Shown: positions 42,710 to 52,230 of the stretch, piece after piece
Layout of the letters: every line of letters starts with the position of its first letter
How positions within the stretch are numbered: position 1 is the stretch's first letter
DNA from: Naegleria gruberi
Lineage: Eukaryota
Direction: 5' to 3' (one strand)
Length of the DNA: 64,000 nucleotides
NCBI GenBank assembly: GCA_000004985.1
Contig: GG738864.1
Program-made: the position numbers and the translations under genes
Notes under the pieces: model-generated
Database searches by the model: none
Seen by the model: the letters and a program-made list of their open reading frames with translations, nothing else
Told to the model about the DNA's origin: nothing

Positions 42710-44134
42710 ATGAGCGACTCCAAACTATGCTCCTGTGGTGTTCCCGTCAAAACTTCAACCGTTAGAAAGGAGGGACCTAACAATGGCCGACCATATATGC
42801 ACTGCGAGAAGAGAGATTGTAAATTCTTTGAATGGGCCGATCAACCTTCTTCTTCATCATCAGGCTTTGGTGGTGGATTCAAGAAGCAACAAACAAATTC
42901 TTCATCATCATCAGGCTTTAATTTTGCCAAATCAAATAATAGTAGCAGCAGCTCATCTTCCTATGGAAAATCATTGTCAACAGCAGCTGCTGATCCTAAT
43001 ATTCCTCCAAAGTGTGCAAGCCATCACGAAGATGCCATTCTCAGAAAAGTAAAGAAAGAAGGACCGAATAATGGAAAGTTGTTTTGGTCTTGTGCTAGGG
43101 ATAAGGAAGAGGCTTGCAAGTTTTTTGAATGGTTTAAGGGAAATGATGCTGATGTGGAACATTTGGTTAATGTGAATCCTTCTTCCGCTACCTCGACTGT
43201 TTCTAGTAATGGAGAGGACAAGAAGAGAAAATTTGATGATTCTGAAGATTCGAATACTTTCGAATCAGATAGCAAAAAGGTCAAGGATGATACACCATTT
43301 GAGTTATCTAGTTATTTGCAAGATGAATCATGGAAGGAATTGTTGGATAAGGAATTCCAAAAGTCATACTTTAAGAAATTGAACCAATCTGTTGCTAAGG
43401 AATATGAGGAAAAGCCAAAAACTGTCTATCCAAAGAAGGATGAAATCTTTTCTGCTCTCAATGTTTGCCCATTTGATAATGTAAAGGTTGTAATTATAGG
43501 ACAAGATCCGTATCCTCAATGGTATGCTCACGGAATGTCCTTCTCTGTAAAGAAGGGTGTTACAGTTCCAAAATCCTTACAAAATATTTATCAAGAATTG
43601 GGTAGTGATTCTGATTTGGATAAGCCATTCACAGAACCTGATCATGGCTATTTAATGGGTTTGTTTCTTTACATTTTGAATATTATTGTTAATATCAGTT
43701 TGTTACATTTTCACATAATGTTTATCTATCTGAACAGGTTGGGCTGAACAAGGAGTTCTTTTGTTAAATGCTGTCCTTACAGTTGAGAAGGGAGCTTCCA
43801 ATGCACACAAGGTACGTATTTTTAATGCTTTCTTTATTGAGCTTATTCTAAAATTTAAATTATTCATTATTAGGGCATTGGATGGGAAACTTTTACTGAT
43901 GCTGTCATTGAACAATTGGCAAAGAAGAAGAATCTAGCCTTTTTATTATGGGGTAAAGATGCACAACAAAAAGGAGCCAAAGTTGACAAGAAGAATAATT
44001 TGGTCATTACTACCTCTCACCCTTCACCATTCTCTGCTGATAAAGGATTTTTAGGATCCAAATGTTTCTCTAAATGTAATCAATACTTGGTTCAATGTGG
44101 AATTGAGCCAATTGATTGGTCAAATCTCAATTAA
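42710..44134 (+). CDS. UNG: Uracil-DNA glycosylase (UNG family) with two N-terminal zf-GRF zinc fingers. Three exons.
   Basis: join(42710..43658, 43738..43811, 43874..44134). GRF finger 1 is CSCGVPVKTSTVRKEGPNNGRPYMHCEKRDCKFFEWAD. Finger 2 is CASHHEDAILRKVKKEGPNNGKLFWSCARDKEEACKFFEWF. The UDG core is VVIIGQDPYPQWYAHGMSFSV (water-activating loop GQDPY), then ..DHGYLMG|WAEQGVLLLNAVLTV..|..FLLWGKDAQQK...HPSPFSADKGFLGSKCFSKCNQYL. Introns are 79 and 62 nt (GTTTGT..acag; GTACGT..ttag). Confidence 0.85.
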
Positions 44135-44257
44135 TTTATTAAATCAAAACAATGTATTATTCATCAATTCAATCGTTAATTATTACAATTAACTTGGAAC
44201 AACCATAAAACAGAAGAAAAAAATGTCTCAACTTCCTCCACTATTAGAATCTCCTAA

Positions 44258-44848
44258 CCATGTGCAGCAGTGGACTATAAATTTGGCTGCCCTGGTGTTC
44301 ATTCTAATTGGGTCATTCCGCAAATTCTAATGCAAGGTGCCTATCCGAAAGAGTTTGAAGCATTCCAAGACTTTTCCTTGGTCGTGAATGTTTCCGAGCA
44401 TGCATTCTTTGGTAGTTATAGAAACTATATTGAGAGGAATCCCAACACAATTCGATATTTGCATTTGCCCATTGCTGATTATTCCATTGCTCCAGATGAA
44501 GATCTCATTGAATTGGTGAGTAAGGTTGTTCTTTTAATTGAGGAGGGATTAGCGAGCAACAAGAGGGATAATTTTAAAGTTTACATTCACTGCCTTGGAG
44601 GGAAGGGGAGATCCGGAACATTGACTAGTCTTGTATTTGGTTTGCTCTATAATCGACAATTTTCCAAGACGAAAGAGAGAGAACTGATGAAGGGAGAGGA
44701 AGTTCTCCAGTGGATTCAGAAATTCTTTGAAACCAGATCTACTCCATTCTATCCTATTAAGGACTATTCACCAGAAACTGATGAACAATGTGAACAAGTT
44801 AAACGTTTGATGGAATATTTCAATAACAAGTTAAAAGATGGAAATTAA
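44258..44848 (+). CDS. Dual-specificity / atypical protein-tyrosine-phosphatase-like protein (CX5R active site).
   Basis: The ORF is open from 44258 and the track starts it at GTG 44270. The first in-frame ATG is at about 44330 (..ILMQGAYPKEF). The PTP signature is VYIHCLGGKGRSGTLTSLV (HCxxGxxRSG). An upstream ATG at 44223 is out of frame, so the true 5' end is unresolved. Confidence 0.6.
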   Translation, partial: PCAAVDYKFGCPGVHSNWVIPQILMQGAYPKEFEAFQDFSLVVNVSEHAFFGSYRNYIERNPNTIRYLHLPIADYSIAPDEDLIELVSKVVLLIEEGLASNKRDNFKVYIHCLGGKGRSGTLTSLVFGLLYNRQFSKTKERELMKGEEVLQWIQKFFETRSTPFYPIKDYSPETDEQCEQVKRLMEYFNNKLKDGN

Positions 44849-44889
44849 TTATCGTTCTTTCAAAGATACAATAGAGAAATTGATGTTGG

Positions 44890-47430
44890 TTACATGTAAT
44901 ATTTATTCTCTTCAACTTGTAATTGTTCTCGTTCGTCCTTCTCTAATTGTATGGAATATCTCATAAAGGTGTCGCCACAAACTAAACTCTTGACAACACT
45001 CTCCAAACCATCCAACAAATCTATTTGCCCGTAACCAGCCATAATTTTAGTCACATGAATGTCTCTCGTTTGTTGTGAAATATTGAGCGGAGTCGGAGAG
45101 TGAATTAACAAATAGGTCTCAATTATTTCTTCTTGTTTCTTTGCTCTGTCGGATGGTTTCTTCAAACTCTTATAGAACATGACATCCTCTAAGAAATTCA
45201 AATTCTCCTCAGAACATTCCTTCTTACAAAAACTTCTAAATTCTTCTCTCAAGTTTGGATTGAACAAGACTCTTTCAAATTCCAAATTTTGCTTGAAAGT
45301 TTCCATTTGCTTGACTGCCTTCTTCAATTCCTGTTGGTGAATCATATTTCGAGCAACAATGACAAATACTTGACATGTTAATCCTTCTTCCTCAATTGAC
45401 ATGTTAACTTTTGTTACAGAAATAGTGACAGGTGTATCAAATCCAAGTGGTGAAACGAGAATAGATTCCCATCTTGTTTTAGTTTCAGATAATTCCTCCA
45501 ACTTTTTCAACACATCACCATTCGTTTCACTTTCTTTTCCACTTTCGTCTCCATATTTCAAATAGTCCCCTATGAGACTTCTCGATTTTGTGAGAAATCT
45601 ACTCTCAAAAGCATTATTAAAATTAATCAACTTTCCATTATTGGCATGTGCAGTCACAATGAAATCATCAATACTATTCATAATGACTCTTATCTTTTGC
45701 TCAGAGAGTGACATCTTTTCCAATAATCTTTGCATGAGCTCATTGTCCTGAGTGAGCAATTGTTGAGAAGCATCCAAGGTCTGTAACATGTTATTGACAT
45801 CTTTTGAAAGAATTCCCAATTCATCATTTCCAACTGAAGGTACTCTTTGATTACTGTCATTATTGAGTGTAATTTCTCTGACAGCCCTTGTCAATTTTAA
45901 TACTCTTCTCAAAATGATAAATTCTAAAAAGAGAATTACAGAAATGGAAAGAATAATAATCATGGCAGTCATGACACCCCATGTAATAAAGAAAGAGGTA
46001 ATTCCCAACGTATAGACATCTCTAGGAAAGTCAGTTTTCATTACAAATGTATTTGTGCGAGTAATGTCATAAAATTGTTGATAAACTGTCATTCTAGTTT
46101 CTTCAGTTTCGGATTCTCCACATTGTCTATTGAGAACTGATTGAGTATTTCTGAGCTCAGTATAAGTGGCTGATTTTACAAAATCTCCAGTGTTATTTGT
46201 CCAGTTTCTAACATTTGTAGAGTCTATAATAGTCGGTTTCCAATCTCTTGTTTGTTGATTAATGGAATTGGTCAACTCACTGTCTCTCATCTTGTCAATT
46301 GTCGAATAATCTGATTCAGACATTGTTGATTTCAAAAATGAAACCTTATCATTACTATTATCCAAATTATACATTGTCAAACAAAGTTGAGTTCTTTCAG
46401 ACATGTCACTCATCAAATCTCTTGTTTGAAATCTTGCAAAAACAAGAACTCCATAACTTTTCAAATAATCCGTGTCTTGAATTGGCATTGCACTCAATAA
46501 CATGATATTAGGATAATTCTCCTCTTCAGAAATTCCCCACTTTGTATCATTAGGATATTTCATCATTTGTGAAAAACTTTGAATTGGTGAGAAAATTCCA
46601 ACATTTTTCGTCGAGGTCACTAACATGTTCTTTTTCAATTGATTACCGACTGATGTGTCAAGACTTTGTAATTCTATAGGTATGTAATCGAGTTCATATC
46701 CATTGTAACAACCTAAACCTTTCAGAAGAGTTCCATTCAGATAATAAATCAGAGCATAATTGACATGTGTCGCCAATTGATATTGACAGTGAAGATAATA
46801 CTCTAGATATTGAGTGGCTTTCTGCTGAGCATCTATTCCTGTATTATTCACCACCACGACAGTATCTCCAAAACATGCATATTCAAACACTCGTCTTTCA
46901 TATAAGAATTTGTATACAATTATTCTAAACTAAACCTACCCTGTCAAAGTTACCAAATCATCAGACAATGCCCTTGTCGACCTCTTTGCATCCTCCAAAG
47001 CTATCGATCTCTCCACACTCAAAAAGGAAATATTAAAAGCCACCAACAAGGTCGCCAAAACCAAGGCAACCAACAAGAGAAATAACGAAACCAAAACTGT
47101 AATCGTTTTAAATCGTAAACTTTTCAATTTTCTTATCAAACTCTCACATGCAAGTCCATTTCCATGTTGATATTGCTGTAGATGATAAAAAGAAGATGTA
47201 GCTGATTTTTTTAATTGTGGAATGTCCAATCGTCGTGGTGTTGTAATTATTGACTTGTTTTCATGTGATGTGAAAATTTGTTGTTGATAATTGTTGTGTT
47301 GGTTGAGTAGAGAGGTTGAAGAATTGGAAGAGTTGGTGGGTGTGTTGGTCAATTCGAGGTGAGGAAGGTTTTTGAAGAATTTGCTGGTGGGAGAATTTGA
47401 ACTGTTATTGTTTGTTGTTGTGGTGGTCAT
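44890..47430 (-). CDS. Receptor-like RGS protein: a cytoplasmic N/S/T-rich tail, TM1, a roughly 330-aa extracellular sensor-like domain, TM2, HAMP, PAS, and a C-terminal RGS domain. Two exons.
   Basis: complement(join(44890..46894, 46940..47430)). ATG at 47430 (MTTTTTNNNSSNSP...). TM1 is ITVLVSLFLLLVALVLATLLVAF. Exon 1 ends ..DLVTLTG|GTAGGT, with a 45-nt intron. TM2 is LGITSFFITWGVMTAMIIILSISVILFLEFIIL. The HAMP motif is LKLTRAVREITLNNDSNQRVPSVGNDELGILSKDVNNMLQTL. The PAS-like segment is IRVIMNSIDDFIVTAHANNGKLINFNNAFESRFLTKSRSLIGDYL. The RGS segment is FERVLFNPNLREEFRSFCKKECSEENLNFLEDVMFYKSL...SPTPLNISQQTR...GDTFMRYSIQL. Confidence 0.75.
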
Positions 47431-48094
47431 GGGTTTCGTTTTGTTTTTTTTGATGTTTAGAATAGAATGGACGGGATTGGCAGTCTTGTGAAGTGGCTGT
47501 TGTGGAGACCTTATTGTAAAGTGAAGAGTCAAAATATTTTCCCTAAACGAAAAATAATACCTTAAATGGGAAGTTAATGGATGAATAGTAGGACCAAACT
47601 TTGCTTCATTTTCAATTCATCTTCCTTCTCCTGCTGTGTATTTTGGATAAATTGTAATTCAGGTGTGATGACCGAATAGTTCTGCATCAATTTCCAATAA
47701 TTACTCGACAAGCAAGCCTTTGATCCAATTTAAATTCTTTTGTAGTACTCTTGATGAGGGAATAACTTTTTCTTTGATCTTGCTCCTTGAGGACCTTCAT
47801 TGCAAAATTCTTTTCTAATTCTTGTTGGTGTTATCAAAACCATTAAATTGTTCTTCATCAATTTGTTTCCGAAAAATATTCATACCATTTCAATGAGACA
47901 CTTAGTTGTTGGGGTATTTAAAGTTTATATTACTGATGATGGTATCCAATCCAACGATCACACCACTATTAAGATGTTTCATGGCTTGTCCTCAATCCAG
48001 CATTTTTTTTGTAAATTTTGAACTCGAAACTTAAAACAATTTCAATGAAATAGTAAGGAGTTAAGGACAATAAAGGAGTAAAGGACAATAAAAA

Positions 48095-48212
48095 GACTAC
48101 AGCACCACAGGTTCCCAAGTTGTCTCCAACCTCAGTACTGATGTGGCTCGACGATGCTTAACTACTCAAATCGGGCGGGATGAGGTGCATTCATCGTGAT
48201 ATGGCCGTAGCC
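48095..48212 (-). rRNA. 5S ribosomal RNA gene, copy 3 of 3.
   Basis: 118 nt, identical to copy 1 except two substitutions (..GATTTGAGTAGTT.. / CCCGCCCGAT). An oligo-T terminator follows (+ aaaaa 48090-48094). Its 5'-flank diverges from copies 1-2 after about 9 nt. Confidence 0.85.
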
Positions 48213-48498
48213 ATTCATTATCTTAAAATTAAGAATTATCAACTTGGGATTTTTGCAATCAATCTTTGCATTGAATTTTAGATTGGTCAATCATAGTTTT
48301 ATTCAAGAATTAAGCATTGCTTCCGTAATGAAAGACGATTCTCTTGAAATTAGTAGTAACTCCGAAAATCTGATAATAAATATGATGTTTATTATCTATT
48401 TAAATAGTAGTACTAAAAGACATGATTCAAGTTCATGTTGAGATATGATTCATGTGCATGGTGCACAAAATAACAATAACATTTGAATCTGGCTGTTA

Positions 48499-49728
48499 TT
48501 AAGTTTCCAATTTTAATTTTGAGTGATCCTTTCTGAAAAACCGTTCCACTGCCGAATTTTGGAATGTATAGTCATATTCACCTTTTCTTAACAGGTTAGA
48601 GCTGAAAATTATCTGTGCTTGTTTTGCAGGAATGGTTGCTAATATAACCTCACTTTTTTCTGGCTCAAAAAGCAAAACTTTTACCAACTTTTTAAAGTAC
48701 TTGTAGGCTCTTTCTTTTTTCTGCAATTCGTCAAGATGAAAATGGATATCTTTTCGAACAAGCTTTTCCAATCCAAGCAAATCAACTTGACCATCAGACA
48801 TCCTTTCAACTTTTTGCATGTAAATAATGTTGTTTCCTGTTATATTGATAATTTCCAAAACAAGAGCTGAATCTTCTATTCCAAATTCAGCCTTTAAGAA
48901 TTCTCTAGCAAATTCGTTAGATGGTGAAAGCTCATTAAGAGTAACTCTACCACCACCCAGTGAAATTGATTGTGCTGCAACTCCATCAGAGGACAGCATG
49001 AGTAATCCAAAAGGCCTTCCACTACAACTGACATCTCGCCAAAAAGCAATAAACTTGTTTGTAATTTCTGGGTTTCTGTTGGCTCCATCAATTACAATGA
49101 TAGGGCATTGCTCTTTCATTATCTCCAAATAGTCCCTTAAAGTATGGAAAATTACAAAGTCTGTTGCCTCTTCTTGAACAGAAATCAGTTTAAGCTTAAT
49201 CCCAATATCTTTCCAAGAGTTTCCACTTTCCAAATTAACATAAATATAGGTTTGGGGATTCAGTTCTTGCAAAACCACTTGCAGCATTGTGGTTTTCCCA
49301 ATACCACTCTCTCCATAAAAATACCACATTAACTGTTTCTGAATATTGCATGATTGCATTGTCTTAATGGCTCTAGAAAATTCTCGTGAAAATATAGGCT
49401 CCTTGATTTTTGGAATGAAGTGGACAGTTTTCTCAGCAAAGAAAGTATTATTTAGCAGAATGAGTTTATCAGAAAACTCTTTGACTTGAACCACTATTTT
49501 GTTATTTTGATATGAATAGCCAATGTACACAGCAATGGAGACCAAGATTGTACCAATTACCATCACAATCACACCCGCATAATTAAAACAAGTGAAAAAT
49601 GTGGAATTCTTCTTTTCACTTTTTGCTTGTTCTTCTGCCAACAACAATTTATTGTTTTCTGGAGATGAATCCTCAAAGTCTGGAAGAACATGTACGGGCT
49701 GAACGTTATTGCTTTCATTGGGGGACAT
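48499..49728 (-). CDS. Membrane-anchored P-loop NTPase (Walker A/B), possibly a STAND/AAA-like ATPase.
   Basis: The ORF is open to 49737 and the ATG is at 49728 (aaaaaaATG; MSPNESNNVQP...). A single TM is near the N-terminus (FFTCFNYAGVIVMVIGTILVSIAVYIGY). Walker A is WYFYGESGIGKTTMLQVV. The Walker B-like motif is CPIIVIDGANR. Confidence 0.6.
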   Translation of the reverse strand: MSPNESNNVQPVHVLPDFEDSSPENNKLLLAEEQAKSEKKNSTFFTCFNYAGVIVMVIGTILVSIAVYIGYSYQNNKIVVQVKEFSDKLILLNNTFFAEKTVHFIPKIKEPIFSREFSRAIKTMQSCNIQKQLMWYFYGESGIGKTTMLQVVLQELNPQTYIYVNLESGNSWKDIGIKLKLISVQEEATDFVIFHTLRDYLEIMKEQCPIIVIDGANRNPEITNKFIAFWRDVSCSGRPFGLLMLSSDGVAAQSISLGGGRVTLNELSPSNEFAREFLKAEFGIEDSALVLEIINITGNNIIYMQKVERMSDGQVDLLGLEKLVRKDIHFHLDELQKKERAYKYFKKLVKVLLFEPEKSEVILATIPAKQAQIIFSSNLLRKGEYDYTFQNSAVERFFRKDHSKLKLET

Positions 49729-50104
49729 TTTTTTCAACAGTATTATAAGGCTCAGTAAAAGAGTTAATTGTCGAACGGAATCGGATTAACATTTTCTTCT
49801 TTCCATTTCTCTTCTGTTCTTTTCAACTTCATATGCAATTTCAGGAGGCATTCCATTTCTCTGATCCTGTAGTTTTTACTGAATTGAGGCTATGGAACCA
49901 AATAAACAAATGCTCATCATTAGAATTAGGACCTTCAATGGTCAAGAGAAGCAACATTTCCATTCATAATGTAAAGAGTTTTGTCTGGTGATGAATGCGT
50001 TATTTTCTCATTAAAAAGTTGGAAACTAAAAGTTAAGTGCAAAGTCAGCCGTGGAGGGGCGATTGGACAAATTGTCAAAACCTCTTTTAGATTGAGTTGA
50101 CCAT

Positions 50105-52090
50105 TTGTTTGTTGCCATATTAAAAAAAAATGAAAAGGAACTCTGGTATCTTCTGACCACTTTCATTCTCACAGTGTTCTTCTTTGTACATGTTTCTGCT
50201 GATCTTGGTTGTTCTATCACAACAACCAACAATCAAGTTATTGATTTATCTGTTTTAGATCAGATGGGCGTTTTTAATGCCTCTGGTATGGATCCAAACT
50301 TTAATTATTACTTGTAAGTTTCAAAGTTGACATCACAAAGTAACTTTTTTTACACATGCGAAAAGTAAAATTTGTACGGGAGGTGCAAATCCCAATTCTC
50401 GTCTCTGCAACTTTACCTCTCAAGGTTTCCAGTACTCTTCTTTGTATGAACTTTGCTATCCAATTGGAGCTACCAACCCAAGAATTAGTTTTATAAATCC
50501 AAGTTCTGAACAAGAAGGTGTTTCCATTGTTCATTCTGAAATTGTAGCATCAGATGGTGTTCTAAGAAAGCTCAAAATTAATCTAGTTTGTGATTATGCT
50601 CTAGAAACTCCAAAGTTTACTTTTATGAGTGAGTCAAAGGAAGGTGGAGTGATTACCTATCTATTTTCAGGAAGAACCAAATATTCATGTCCACCAAAGC
50701 CAAAGGTTGTAGATTGTACCATTAAAACAACTAGTGGTGTAGTATTGGATCTATCTGTTTTGGATCAGAGTAATGGATATGTTGTTTCTTCAACAAATGA
50801 TCCTTCTTGGAATTATTACTTGTAAGTTTAGATCAGTTCAGTTTACTTATTCGTCCTTTTCAATATAGCAATGTGTGCAATATGATTAACAAACCAAGCA
50901 CTGAAACTTGTACAACGACATCCCAAGCATATCAATATTCTAAAACTTACAACGTTTGCTTCCCTATTGGTTATGGAGCCAATCCAATTTTGAGTTTTGT
51001 AAATCCAGCCAAAGAAAGAGAAGGTGTTAAAGTTGTTCATAGTGAGATTTACAATACCGATGGAGTGGCTAGAAAGCTTGAATTACGTTTGTATTGTGAT
51101 AGAAACGCCCAAACTCTCCCAACATTCCAATTCATTGGTGAAACAAGAGAGGGTGGTGTTATTACTTACCAATTTTCTGGTAAAACTAAATCAGTATGTC
51201 CTGCACTCCCAGAAATTCCAAAACAATGGGGTGGATTGAATTATATTGATTTGGATGATTATTCCAATAGAATCGTCTCCTATCGTCTAGATTCATTCAT
51301 TGGACAACCAACATTGAATGTGCAAGTTTTACCATCAAGTTCAATCCAAAAGTACCTTTTTATGATTAGTGACTGTACAAAGAATAGCTGGAGTTCAACA
51401 TTCAAGTTTGATAATTCCTCATTCTTGCAAAATTATGGATGTGTTTCTATATTTAGTCAAGTTTCGAACGAAACAAATCCAGTCCCTCTTTCAATTAGTT
51501 TCACTCAACCAAGCTCTGAGATGATGTTAGTAATTCAAACAAGTACCAACCAGGAAATGGTAAACATGGGCAATACCAACTCATACACTGTCCAACCATC
51601 TAGTGTTAGATATAACTTGATATATTCAAGAAAGATAATGTACAATTATAAGGAACTAAAGCTTAATGAAGAGTTATCCATTTCCCAAAAGGATTCTGAA
51701 TTGTATTTGGCAACTGTTAAATTCCCTGCCAATTCGTACCTGAAACTCAATTGTTATCAAATCAAAGATATTTACGTTAGCAAAGAGGTTGCATGGAATA
51801 CTGCTCAAGAAATTGTATCCTCTGATTATCATTTAACCAAATCTGGAGTTCTTTATATCTACTCTGGAGAGACACAAGTTGAGTACAAACTTGTAATTAT
51901 TGGAAATGCTTATTTGTATACAAGCGTAGTAGATTTTGTTTATACCTCTAACACAGTAACAGGTCTTTCCCTGTCATTGGCAGCGAGTATTTTCATTCTG
52001 GCACTGGTTATTGTAATTGGTATTGTTGTAATCATCAAATTGAGACAAAAACAAAACAATTTGGGTGATTTGAAAGTTAGACTCAATTAA
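50105..52090 (+). CDS. Type I membrane protein with three mannose-6-phosphate-receptor-homology (MRH)-like domains, a C-terminal TM and a short cytoplasmic tail. Three exons; the start codon is unresolved.
   Basis: join(50105..50313, 50366..50821, 50869..52090). The signal peptide (LWYLLTTFILTVFFFVHVSA|DLGC) is in an ORF with no in-frame ATG. The repeated unit is C-x..-VIDLSVLDQ...NFNYY|F-x-(I/V)C...C..TSQ.(F/Y)QYS..Y.(L/V)C(Y/F)PIG...(I/L)SF(I/V)NP...EG(V)..VHSEI...DGV.RKL...L.CD......P.F.F..E..EGGVITY.FSG.TK..CP. It occurs three times (exon 1/2, exon 2/3, exon 3). Introns are 52 and 47 nt (GTAAGT). The TM is GLSLSLAASIFILALVIVIGIVVIIKL. Confidence 0.6.
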
Positions 52091-52230
52091 AAACTGCTGC
52101 CCCTAAATTATGCAATAAATTACTAGTTCTCCCTAAATCTAACTGTCGTCAAAGGACTTGTTTAAACTGAACCAAGGTTGCAAGTATTAATTATTTGCAA
52201 AAGTTTGGAAAATACTGCACACTTCTTGCT

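Noticed and set aside
44223-44270. Upstream ATG (44223, MSQLPPLLESPNH...) as the start of the dual-specificity phosphatase gene.
   Set aside because: It is in a different frame from the phosphatase ORF. No GT..AG pair of plausible length joins the two frames, so the 5' end was left unresolved rather than forced.
50130-50180. Rescuing the MRH-receptor start by a GT..AG intron of 29 nt (ATGAAAAGGAACTCTG|gtatc...cacag|TGTTC).
   Set aside because: At 29 nt it is shorter than every other intron deduced in the window (37-120 nt), and it would delete the hydrophobic core of the signal peptide. A homopolymer indel or an upstream exon is more plausible.
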